From Callorhinchus milii (taxonomy: Eukaryota), in the NCBI RefSeq assembly GCF_018977255.1, contig NW_024704742.1, forward strand, positions 126,854,001 to 126,918,000: DNA of 64,000 nucleotides. The letters run 5' to 3'. A program made the position numbers and the translations under genes. Below are positions 13,121 through 25,383 of this stretch, one piece after another (position 1 is the stretch's first letter; every line of letters starts with the position of its first letter). The notes under the pieces are model-generated. The model was not told the DNA's origin, searched no databases, and worked only from the letters and a program-made list of their open reading frames with translations.

Positions 13121-16100
13121 CTTTTCGCATTCAAAAGGTCCGAACTCTTGAAAGCTTTCTGCTGTGATGCATGGTGGAGCTCTGGAGATAAGTAGGTCTC
13201 AGTGGAAACATCGGTTTCAGTCTCAGTTGTCTTCTCCAAATGTATAGTAACTTCTTCAGATGGCTCCTTTGCATGTAATTCTGAAGCTATTATCTCAGAA
13301 CTACTTTGAAGAGCAGCAATTGAGGCAGTCTCTAGACTTCCTGACAAAAGATTAGCCTGATCATTCAGGGAACTGCTCTGACTTTTGTTTTCAACACTAC
13401 CTACCTTTTCAGACTCTCCTACAATGACCTTATCTGTTAATATACTGCTTTCACTTTTGGTATCTATACTGTGACTAAAGTCTGGAATGGCGTGAGAACT
13501 CTGTCCACTATCATCTCTTGCTACAGGTTGTTTTGTGACTACTGTATGCTCTTGTTTAGCAGCGCTCTCTTTCTGCCAAGGAAAGTGGTCCAGTTTTCCA
13601 AAGACAGATCCCTGTGTGGAATCCTGTGCTTGGCCATTCTCTGCATCAAAAAATGTCTTGGAAAATTTCTTAAAACTAGATAACAAACCAGTTTCCCTGG
13701 ATGGGTCGCTCATAGGAGATGGTTGCTGTGAAAATAAACTGAATGGCTTGCCACTTTCTCGGGAAGACAAAAAACTGAATTTAGATGTAGCAATGCTGGG
13801 AATTTCAAAAACAGATTTCGTCGTCCCATAATCAGCCTTCTGTGGAGTTTTATTTGTTAGTGAGCCATAAGAGGCTGGTCCATCCAAAACCTTGGAATTC
13901 ATTTGCAAAGTGGGTTGATCATTTAGAAGATCTTCAGACTTAACATCTAGCACTAATTCTTGACTGGAACTTCCCAGCTGTGAAATGTCTCCACTTGCTG
14001 CATCAGGAATAAACACATTATCAGGAACATCTTCCACCTCTTCACTTTGCTGTGCATCCGAAACAAGAAAACCTTCACCTGCAACTAAAATATCTGGGTC
14101 TTCTGGCTCCATTGTGTTGCTGGGCATTACTTGACTTGTATCTTCAGTATTGACTGATTCGTTTTCAAGGACTTGGACATCAGTGCTTTCGTAGTCACAT
14201 TGGGTATTATTTTCAATGTAATAATTTTCTGATTCCTGCTCTGATAAAGTGCCAGCAATATTACTGTGAGAAACATCAATAGGCATTTCTTCGATTGTTT
14301 TGAGTGGGTCACCTATACTTTGAGAATTGTTACAAACTTCAAATGTATCAGCTTCTTTTTGCACGAAAGAGGTTTCTAAATTTGCAGCTGGATTAGTTTT
14401 TTCAGCAGGTACCTTAAAAAGGCTAAACAAATCAGGTTTTACAGATGGCATCTGGCTATTATTGTGCGACAAGTTAAAAAAAGTGCTTCTTGGTTGAGCA
14501 CTTGGTCCTGAACTTGAGTTTGCAAACAGTGATGGAAACGAAGTGGTTGAGGTTTTCATAGATTCACTCCCACTGCTAGAAAATAACTTCACTTTTGTCA
14601 TAAAGCCCGAAAACACTTCCATTGAGGAGCCTATTAAAGACTTTTCACCTTCAGACAACTTCTCCCTTGCTTTAAAATCAGTCAGTCCATCAACAGTTGG
14701 GGTTTTCGGAGATTCACACTTTTCATTTAACAAGTTGTTGGATGTATCCACTTGAGAATATTGCGGTTCTGAAACAATCCCTCTTTCTACAACAATCTCA
14801 TCCGAATTGTTTTTCATCTCAATCCCCAAGTCAGAGGCTTCTATATCAGTCTCTTCTGCCAAATTTGGGAGATAGGTTTCAACTTCTGTAGTCCAGGCTT
14901 CATCTGTGTCTGTAGCATTAGCAGGGAAACTATTCTCAGTGTTGTAATCAACGTCAATGTAATCTGCTGTAGGACTCTCATCAATATCAATGTGTTCTGT
15001 AATAGGTCTCTCATCAATATCAATGTGATCTGCTGTCACACTCTCATCAATGTCAATGTGATCTGCTGTAGGACTCTCATCAATGTCAATGTGACCTGCT
15101 GTCAGATTTTCATCCAAAATGTTTTCTGCGGAAACACAGTCCCTAGTATCAACATTATAAACATCATGATGACATGGTACATCTGGGATACTTCTGCTTT
15201 CCATGGGATCTGAATACATGAAGTTTTTAGTAGCAATGATACCTCTATCACAAACATTGTTGGCTATTTTAACTTCACCATTTTCATTAGTTGTCAACGA
15301 ACTTTGCAAAGTGGGTGCACCTAAATCATTATTGTTATAAGTTAAAGGGACCTTTTCCTGCAGAACTGATGTTATTATGTCCACCTCTGGTACACCTTTC
15401 CTGTCTTCACTGCCAGGATCTCTCAAACTGCCAGCAGATAACACATCTCTCTGCCTTGCAAACAAGCCAGCATTATTTTCAGTGGATTCTGAGCAACTTT
15501 GCTTGGAAGGCTCTGGTTTTGTCCTTTTCTCATCCTGAAATGTCAAGTTCAAGAAACTAAAGCTGGAGCTGCTTTCCTTTGGTTTTCTCTCCTCAGCTGG
15601 AGGAGTGGATGAGAAGAACGACGGTAATTTGAAAAATCCTTCTGAGCTGCCTGTCTGCCTAGCTCCAGGAAATGATGCATTACGACTAGGGGTTTGGGTC
15701 TGACTTGCTTGGTCTGTCCCACTGAAGAAAGAAAATAGGCCTTTGTTTGTTCCCTGTTGTTTGGAACTTGAGACATTTGGAAGTTTCCAATCTCCTGCTC
15801 CAAAGGGTAAACTAAAGAGACTGGATTGTTTGGGTTTTTGCTCCTGTTTTCCTGCCTTTGATGGAGAAGCAAATCCACCAGTTTGATTTTCACCACCTCC
15901 TTGAACCTTCGTAGAAACCTGGGAATTAACGTTTTCTGAACTAAACTTATTATCCCAAACTGTGACTGTGGATTTCTTTCTAATATTTTGCTTTACGATG
16001 GGATCAGAAAACTCTGTTGTGGTGATATTTTGTGCAGCATTTATTTCAGTCCCAGGAGGGAGTTCAGTATAGTGCACAGTAGATTCATTGATTACAATTC

Positions 16101-19100
16101 CACCAGTATTTGGGGCAGATCTATTTTGATGCATAGAGGTTTTTTCTGCCTTATCCAAAGCACTTTGCACATTTACTGAGGTTATATCATTTGTTTCATC
16201 CACTGAAGGCACCATTTTAATTTCAGTAGTTTCAAAACCAATATTTGGTTCTCTTAGTGTTCGTTGCTTTTGCAAACTCTTTGACCTTGAGCATGGCACC
16301 TCAGGTCTTAAGGAAGCCAGAAGAGCATTCTCACGTTCGTTCTGCTTGGTGTTATCATGCACAATTTGTTCTGCAAATGGTAGCTTACTTTTATTTTCAT
16401 TCTTACTTGAATTCATTGCATGCTCTGGATGTTGAATTGGATCCATTCTGAAGAATCCTCCAATTGAGCCAAAGAGGGATGAGATGCCAGAAGGCTGTCT
16501 TTCTACATTAGGAACAGATTTCCCAAAATTGTTCTGCTCCTTTTCAAGTGTTTCGTTTACTCTCGACGGAAAAGTCAAGCCTGAAGAATTCTGCTCTTCT
16601 TTGGCACTGGCACTTTTAAAAATGTCAAAGAAACTAGAACTTCGAGTTCCCTCGCTTTTTGATTGAGTCTGACTTTCGGACATGTTAAAAAGTTTGAGAG
16701 GACTTTTGAAGAACGAGTCCTGTGTCGTCGAAGTGGGAATGTGAGGTGCAGTAGGCTGAGAAGATATCAGAGGTGGTTTGGCACTAGCATTAGATTTACT
16801 TTGATTTATCTTTGACATCCCCTCAGGTAATGGCTGCAACACACTTTCAGCTGAGGCCTCGGGATGTGGTAAGTGAGAGTGCAAAGAAGATGACCTAGCC
16901 ACATCTTGATCTGGTAATTTGCGTCTCTGATCAACAACAGATGGTTCGTCATCTGAAACACTTATTGTACTCTTCAAGTGACTGGACATTGATATTAAAC
17001 TTTTTAAACCAGATGCAAATATATTACTTGGTGTGTCATCTTGTGAAGTAATTGAAGGCTGTCTATCCCTAGCATTAGGCTTAGTCTTATCCAGATCATT
17101 TCTTAATAAAGGAGTGGTATCATTGGTCATGTCCATTGTGCTCTTTGATGGGGTGACTGGTGCCGAGTCTGCTAAAGCAGAATTAGAATCCACAGAACTT
17201 TCAACATTTTGTTTTCCAACAAGATCACCCAATGAAGAAAAGAAAGATGTTATCTTTTTGATAGGCTGTTGGTGCTCTTCAGGTTGCTTGATTTCAGAGG
17301 TCTTCTGTGTTGAAGAATCTGATAACTTAACAGAAGAACGAAACAGACTAAACAGTCCTGATGAGGTTGGCACTGATGTCATTTTTGGCTGCGATGTTGT
17401 AGTTGCATAATCTGAGATTTCATTTGCTAGTGTTGTCCTAGATTTAGATTGTTTCTGAGCTGACTGACTACCTGCGACGATTCGAAGATCAAAGGCAGTA
17501 TTCTGAAGTTCTCCGTGAAAATGTTCCATTTGTTCTTCAGAAGAAAAATCCATCCTAAGTTTTTTCAGCCTGCATGTTTTGTACTTTGACGAAAAATCAA
17601 GTGGTTCATCCCTATTCCATTCTATCGACTCTTCAAACAGTTGTGAAAAAGAATCTAAATTCTTCCTTACAAACTGGTCATTCCTTCCCCAAACCAGAGA
17701 AAGATCAAGAGGTCCATCGTCCATTTCAGATTCAATCTGCTCTTCTTCACTGTACCAGAACAAATCAAAATCATTTGAAATGGGCACCTTAAAACCACAT
17801 ACGGAAACCATGTCCTCTCCCAGTCCTACATCGCATTCACCATTCAATTGCCGATAATACTCCCACTCTTCCTGCTCTTCATCTGTCTCTGGTCTCCAAA
17901 CGTACACGTATTGGCCATTGGCATCAGTGAGCAAGGAATATATGTATTCACCATCGCTGTACATGTAGTAGCCATATTCCCCATCTTCTGAAGGCCACCA
18001 TAAGCCATTTTCAAGTAAAGTAAGCCAGTCTTGGTACTCCTGATACCCGCTGATAGAAAATTGATTTTCCCTTTCAGTCATTAATTCTTGTTCATTCGGA
18101 ATAAGCCAAGAAATTGCATTGCCAGAAGAGGAACTTAGATCCATTGGCATTTCAAGACAGGAATCAACAGTTCCATTGAGTTCTAACGAATTCCAATATC
18201 TCTCTAAAGTTTTGCTCAGGTTTTCTTCAGCAGAATTTGCATAATATGAAAATGACCTATAGGAATCACCTGATGCTACACTAAAGTCTAAACACTCAGG
18301 TTCCATAATGTTTTCAGTCCTATTGAAAAATAAATAGCTGCCATCTTCTGGATTAATGACCTCCTTGTTAGATAAATTTATAATATTACACATTTCTGTC
18401 CTGTTGCTCAACTCTCCATATGAAGCCTGGAAGGCATCACAAGCTGCAGTAGAAGCATCTGTCCAGATCAGATTGGAATCTTCTTGAGAATAAAATTCAC
18501 TGAATGCTTCAGTTTTTAATCCTGATTCAAACCGAATTAATTCTGGGTAACTTTGGAATGAATGTGGAGATGAATATATCGATGCTGCATCATTTATTGG
18601 TAATGAATGATATTCAGCCATATCGCTATATGAAGAATTCCAAGGAACCTTGTGTGCTTGTGCTCCGGTTGTAATTTGCTTGGGCCATTCTTGAAATTCC
18701 TGAGGAACATTTTTACAGTATTTTGTCAAAGCTTTAGCCTGCCAAGTACTCGATGCTGCAGGTACATCATTTGGACTCGAATTCTGCACAATATGAGAAA
18801 CTTTTTTCTCATATCGTTTGTCATTTCTGCTTTCTGACATGAGTGGCTGCTTTGAAGGCCACATTGATTGTGTCTGTTTATCAGTGTTCTCCTTCAATTC
18901 AGTTTGCTCATTACTGTCCTTTGGTTTGGAAGTAAAATGTTTAAACAAATTGAAGGAGGACGTTTCTTCATTCTTGTTCTCTGGTGTATTGACAGATTTT
19001 GTGAAAAACGAAGATAAATGATTGCCTTCACTTTGGATCTCATTTCTTGCTTTGCTGGCATCATCACTTTTATTCATGAATTTAAGAAAACCTAAAGGAC

Positions 19101-22100
19101 TGTCATTCTTACTCGTCTCCTCTGATTTCCTCGTTGCTGAATTGAATAAGCCTGAGAAAAATCCTGGCTGGTTGCTGTTTTCTTTATCATTCTCAGGTAT
19201 CTGGTTTGGTTTTACTGCCTCACTTTTATTTCCCAATTCTTCATTTTGTGCTACAACATTTTGATGAGATGAAATTAATGAAATATTTGACAAAGTTGAA
19301 CTTTTATTTATCTCACTTTCTTGCACTGCTCTCTCTATTTTATCTGGATGCTCTTGGTTGCCTACATCTTGTTTTAATAAGGATACATTTTCAGTTGAGG
19401 ATAACTTAAACAAGCCTGAAAGGAATCCTTGGTTTCCATGAATGATTTGTTGTGTGTCGGGAATACTGCTGTACTTTGTTTTTGCACTTCCTGATACGTG
19501 CCTTGGTTCTACAACATCGTGACAAGAGGGAGATTTTGTTGCATCTACAAATAGTACTGGTTTGTTTCGATCTTTTTGCACAACTGATGCATTCACCATT
19601 TTACCTGAATCTTCTTTATCACTCAATTCTTCCTTAGATGTGGACAGGCTTCCACTGGAAGAAAATTTAAGCAGGCTCGAGAAAAAACCTTGCTGGCTAC
19701 TATTTTGTTTGGCTTTTTCAGTAGTAACCTGTTTTTCAGTAGTACCTTGTTTTTCAGTGCCTTTCTCTGGACTTGATGAAAACCTTAAAACACCAAACAA
19801 GCTACTCTGCTTACTTTCTTTTTGTTGTTCACCAGATGTTCTTACACTGTCTGACTGTTTGGCATTCGTTTCTTTTGTTGCAGATGTTCTTTCACCTGTA
19901 GGAAATTTGAACATTTCTGAAAACAGGCCACCCTCAGATTTTGCTTCTTTTGGTTTTTCGGAAGCAACATTTTCAGATGAAAAGAAGGGAAGTTTTAATT
20001 TTCCAACCAGAGAGAACGTTTGATCATCTTTCATCCTTTCTTTCCCAACTCGAATGTCCTCTGTAGATTTGTAAAAAGGAAATCTTGAGACACCTGCAGA
20101 AGGATCCTCCTTGGGCAGAGTACTATCTGATGAAGAAAGGATAATTTGGCTGAATGACTTTTTCAGAGGGTTGAAAAATCCAAAATTAATTCCAGAGTTG
20201 TCAGCACTGTCAGGCTTTGATTGGGAAGAGGATTCCATTTTATCAGAAGCTTTTATGTCTTGTACTACTTCAACACTTCCAACATGATGAGGCACCAGCG
20301 TTTTAGCAGCTTGCTCATCTTTACTTCCCTGTGCTAAAGTGGGTGAAGATTGAACAGTTTCTGATTTGCTGCCCAACCCAATTGCAAATCCTGACTGTTT
20401 ATCTGAAATAGCCCCTTTTTGCTGTTTACTACTTAAATTACTATTCTGCTGCAATGAAGTGTCATCACAATCATCTTGCAAAGCGACACTCATTTCATTA
20501 GAATCAAGCATTTTTTCAAATCTTGGTGAAACTTTTCTTTCTTCACAAGATGAATTCAAAGTATGCCCATGGGTATCAAGATTAGCAGAACTGTTGGCCT
20601 GAAGTTCAGAAGTTTTGTGTTCTTTGTTCTGCCCAGCAGGTTTGTGAGAATCCTGAGCAGAATCTTTCTCTGTGAAGAATTTTAAGGGATTCAATTTTCC
20701 CAGGACTGAATCAATGATTGTATTTTGTGATGAAGATGATGACTGGTTCTTCACAATGTCATAGTCATTATGAGGAGCCGGTTGTATAAGTGAAGTAAGA
20801 GCGGTATTAATGTCAGCTTTCTTCTGCTCCGATGTCTCAGAAGTATTGGATGTAACTGACTTGCTGGTGTCAGCTTCTAATGCTCCTGTAGACTGCAAAG
20901 AAAAAGTTCTTTCCGCTTTATCTTCCATAGATGAAGGTGATGTGAAACTCCTGGACATTGACTTCGGAGAAAACAATTTTACAAGACCAGGGACTTCCCT
21001 ACTCTTTTCATCTTCATTTTCAAGGGAAGTGGGAACCATTTTTTCCACAGAGGCTGAAGACTGTTTTTTATTTCCTCCTACTTTTTCACCTATTGAATTG
21101 AATAAAGACTGCATGGTATTCTTTACTCCAGTCAAGTCTGGAATAGGGTCTAGTTTTTGATCACTATCATCACAATTAACATTTATCGAAGAGCCTTTCG
21201 GTCTCCTTTGTCCTTCTTGTCTTCTTGGTTGAAGACAGTCACCACTGTCTTCAACACTGCAACGTTGCAGGGTCTCATTTTCTCCTTGGGACTTTCTGAA
21301 AGTTCTGTTGTGTCTCTTTGGAAGTGAACCAAACTTGCTCATTTCTTCTTCTTTTTCAGCCAAGTATTCAGATACAGACTCCACCAAACACTGAAGTTCA
21401 TCCATTGCATCAACATACTCCTCATTCATTTCCTCACCTTGAGAGGAATGCAACTTTCCTCTGAACTCAGATTCTTCATCAAGGTGATGATCGTAGCTGA
21501 GCTGGTACTTTTTCTGAGGGCCATGCATTCCACGAAGATCATGTTCCCTGTACTTAATGCAAGGAACGGTGCTTTCATGCCAGGACTGTCCCATTAATAT
21601 ATCTTCCTCTTGCTCATCGTCAGATCCAAATGAGCAGCGAAGTTCATCAGAGCCACTGCTATCATACTCACCACAGATTTCCCCTAGTATCCTTTTCTCC
21701 AGCATCTGCTCATCGTACACTTCCTCTAGGCATTCATCTATATCTATCATGTCATCAGGTTCATTATGGAGCAACTGATTTTCTCTCCACTCATTACTTT
21801 TCACCATAGATCCATGTTCATATCCATTTAGTTGCTGGTTATATTGCTCATCTACTCCGGAAATGTCATGACTATATAGTACAGGATCACTTTGATTACA
21901 TTTCTGACTTTTAGATTTGATTTCAGGAAGGCCACTAAGGACGCCTTGCTCTGCATCAAGACTTCTTGAAAGCATTTTCAATGTGCCATCCTCTAAACTA
22001 TTGTATCTGCATTTCTTTTTCCTCCTCCTATCTATCGTATTGTATTCTTCCGGATAACTAGAGTGGCTGGGAACATGCGATTGCCCAGTTAAGGACCGGT

Positions 22101-22336
22101 TACACCTCAATGAGTGTCGCGGTACTCTTTCTGCACGTTCCCTGCATTGCTGACTTTTTCTGATCGCACAGCTCTTCTTTGCAGTTTCTTCTTGCCAACT
22201 TCTTTGACTTTCGACTAAAAAGTTTTCAATGAGCAGTTTCCCTAACTTGTCATATTTATGTTCCCACTCTTCCTCCCCAACTCCAGAATCGACTGGTATA
22301 ATTCTAACTCTCTCTTTAAATGCTAAAGCTTTTTGG
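13121..22336 (-). CDS. UNC13B: Giant (~9.2 kb, ~3070 codon) coding exon of a long UNC13B isoform; Ser-rich, probably mostly disordered
   Basis: Stop-free ORF 13099..22110 extends in frame upstream (QKALAFKERVRIIPVDSGVGEEEWEHKYDKL...) to a phase-2 acceptor ccttaccaAG at 22337; lies between two UNC13B exons on the same strand. Both boundaries are inferred; 3' end is a GC donor at 13120 or a stop at 13099. Confidence 0.85.
14948..15105 (-). repeat. Coding minisatellite, ~5 x 33 bp (11 aa, TADHIDIDESP-like) inside the giant exon
   Basis: Repeating unit ...ctctcatcaatgtcaatgtgatctgctgt... visible in DNA and protein. Confidence 0.92.
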
Positions 22337-22696
22337 CTTGGTAAGGATCAAAGTTTGTGTAAAGGTGTAGAGAACAAAATGATTTGGAAACAAACAGAAA
22401 AGGGTAGGATAAACAAAAAAGAATCACATTGAAAATCTCAAATCAGTAGAGAACTGAGAACACAAAACTAAAATGACACACTAAAAAAAACAAACTCATA
22501 TCAGATAAATACATTTTGCTAGGGCTGATGAGTAAATTTTCACTGGTTTGGTTCTTTTGATTTAAAAGTAGTTGTACCCTAAACATAGACATAACATATA
22601 TGAAAACATTAAAGGCATGCAAACAGCTGCCAATGGCCTTCTTCACAGCACCACAGTACACGGTAACATCAAGGCTGTAAAGAGAGCAGAACCCAC

Positions 22697-22822
22697 CTAT
22701 CGGACAGATCTAGAGACTGCCTACTTTCGAGGGAGAACTGGCGGCTGGTTAGCTGACTAGACTCAGATGGAGACTCTAGATCACTACGACCATTCGCAGC
22801 AGAATCTACGCTATCATATCGT
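22697..22822 (-). CDS. UNC13B: 126-nt symmetric cassette exon (RYDSVDSAANGRSDLESPSESSQLTSRQFSLESRQSLDLSD)
   Basis: Within ORF 22669..22863; acceptor ttttccctaccAG, donor AG|GTGGGT; phase 2 to 2, compatible with both neighbours. Confidence 0.8.
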
Positions 22823-23719
22823 CTGGTAGGGAAAATGAATGACAGTAGGAAACAGGAGGACACATGATTATTGATTGTTCACTTCATTTTACAGCTTACT
22901 ACTGTTATTGCTTACTGCATGTAAATTAAACACAATCGATACTGATCTTGCTACTCAAATGAATTGGCAAGGTGCTACCCTCCAGAATATATAAATCCAA
23001 CTCTAATGATTTCTTTGTATTTTCTCATCTAGAAGAAATGTGCTTCATCATATAAATCTTTTCTCTGATGAACAATAAATTGAATAGATTTTATCTGGAA
23101 AATGAAATACCCCAAAGTAAGGCATGAAACATTTACAAATTGAGTTTTCTTTGGGTAAGTGTGGAATGATTAATAAGTACAAACACATAGCCAGTCATAC
23201 TTTGGCTAAGATCATTTTCAACTCTAACGAAATAACCCGCATTGGCTCAAACGCCAATGCTATTATTTCAATGAAATGGGAAACTATTGAGATTGGACAG
23301 CATCAAGTGAAATATTTCAATCTATTAACAAAGGCAATTTGACAACAGTCTATAAATATTTGTATACTTGCAATGTTTAACATGCCAGTTATAAAGAATT
23401 AATCCTTGATCTTAATAACAGTTGTACAAGATAACAATACCATCAACTTGGTAGTTATTTATGTAATTTATTTCAATAATGCACAAATTAAGCCGAGCAT
23501 TTGTTTTTGCTTTCATTTGATGGAATACAATATCTTATCAATCTTTTTCATCCTTACCAGCTGTCTGAATTAAAGTTATAGGAATCAAAAGAACAGAACC
23601 ACAGATTTAAATAATTAAAGCACAAAAACGTCTTCAAAATAAATATGCTACAGCAACATTTTCTGAAGACACAACAAAGTCACATTTCAAAAAAGAGAGA
23701 GATTTTCTCCCCTTCCCGT

Positions 23720-24100
23720 AACCCATAGCTCAGTGAGCAAATGTATTATTTGGCGTAATTAATGAGCCACTAAGATCAGGTGGAACTTCTGGTATACGTC
23801 AAGTTAGTTGATCTCACCCTGAACAACAGTAAAGGCACTATGGTTAGCCTCAAGTGCTGCATTATTGAAGGAGAACAAGCAACCACTACTCCTGTTCATA
23901 CTCCTTTTTCAGCGACCCTGCTGTAAAGAGCATGTGTCAGCTGAAGACAGGATTTGATGATAACCACACCAAACTTTTAACGTTCACAGTTGAAGGTCAT
24001 GCACACAAAAAAAATTAATGCCCGAGCTTGATACCGGAAAGCTGCTGGCATCAATAGTACTGCATTACAACATGCTTCCCTGCCTTTGGAAGAGAGAATA
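23720..24100 (+). repeat. Ancient SINE-like interspersed repeat (related copies ~3490-3790 and ~27375-27600)
   Basis: Shared motifs tagctcagt, agttag(c/t)tgatctca, accctgctg and tgaagacaggatt among the copies; family not identified. Confidence 0.4.
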
Positions 24101-25166
24101 TTTAGAAAAAAAATTAAAAGAAAAAAATAAATACCCTATTGCCACAGTGGGATTGCAAAAACATTTATCAGTGAAATGGCAGCCATCAAATTGGTAAAAA
24201 GTGCCTTATGACATAAAGTGATTCTTCTCCAGGGAAACCCATTAAATCAGATTCCTGAGAACTTGGCTCTGACAAGATCTCGGATCAGTACAAAGATATT
24301 GTGAGTTGGCTCAATATAGACATGGTTCCCTGTAGGAAAGAACCTCACATCCCAAATGTCCCTTTCCAAGAAGTCTTCCGCAAAATGTGATTCATTTTGT
24401 GCAGGTTCATCACATAATAATTGATCGCAGGTGATAAATGTTGTGCTGCTCCATGATGCGAAAATCCCTTTGCCAAGCTATATGCAAAGTAATTTTACAT
24501 TGTATCATCAAGCATCTGTTAGATTGCAATGCTTCAAATTTTTTTTACATAATTTGATTAAAATGTGAACATTAATATTGGAGAGAGCCAAACAGGCATT
24601 TGAAAACATGCACATTTTTAACGAAGTGGATCCCTTCCACCTGGACAAGCAAATAAACTTCACCATCTATTGGAGAGGAAAATGAGGAAGATTAGACAGG
24701 CACTCAAGTCCTTAACCATTGTTCAACAAAATTGCATTTCCTTGATCTCCTATCTTCCACCTTGAGTTAAACCACTTAACTGCAAATTGGCCACTTAAGC
24801 AAGAGAACAACTAGGACAGGAAATCAACAGAAAGGAAATATGTGTCTAATAAATCATATGGCTAAAATAGAACTGGGATGTTGAGAAAACCTACAAAGAC
24901 TGCCATCATCTGCCTTGAAGGTCTAGAATGAAAGACATTACCATGGAAGGAATAACTCAAACATTGGAAAAACAGCAGCTTAGCAAGTTACTAAACTTAT
25001 TGTAGTGTAATGATACAGGTCAATTTTTTCAGCTTTAAAAAAATTCTAGGCTTTCCGTTTTTTGCACAGATACTGACCAGGTTGTTTGCATGATATAATT
25101 ATTTAAACATTTTTGTGAGTTTCAGCAGCAAAACTATTGTCAATCTTTCTAAAATAGATGACGTAC

Positions 25167-25383
25167 CTCATTTCTTTCCGATCGCAGTAATCAAGGTCAT
25201 AGTTTAGGTCAGTGTAGGGGTCCCTTGAGCCACCTTGGAGCTGTAATCGTGATTGAACTGGGAACTGATGAACAGATGCATTTGGCTGAGAGGTGGTGTG
25301 GTAAGGAGGTGGAATACTGTTGCTTGTCTCACTACGATAATCACTATCCCTATCATCAACAGCACTGTCTGGATCTTCAAGTG
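25167..25383 (-). CDS. UNC13B: UNC13B coding exon ([40 protein letters not shown]...DRKEM)
   Basis: Within ORF 25103..25435; acceptor ttctttttAG, donor AG|GTACGT; 217 nt, phase 1 to 2; highly conserved Munc13-1/2 motif. Confidence 0.96.

Noticed and set aside
13471..21778. Many plus-strand ORFs overlapping the giant exon
   Set aside because: Antisense shadows of a long coding frame, with no independent coding signal
13099..22110. 3003-aa ORF as a stand-alone intronless gene
   Set aside because: The 'start' is a TTG inside a longer open frame that reaches a splice acceptor, and it lies in phase between UNC13B exons
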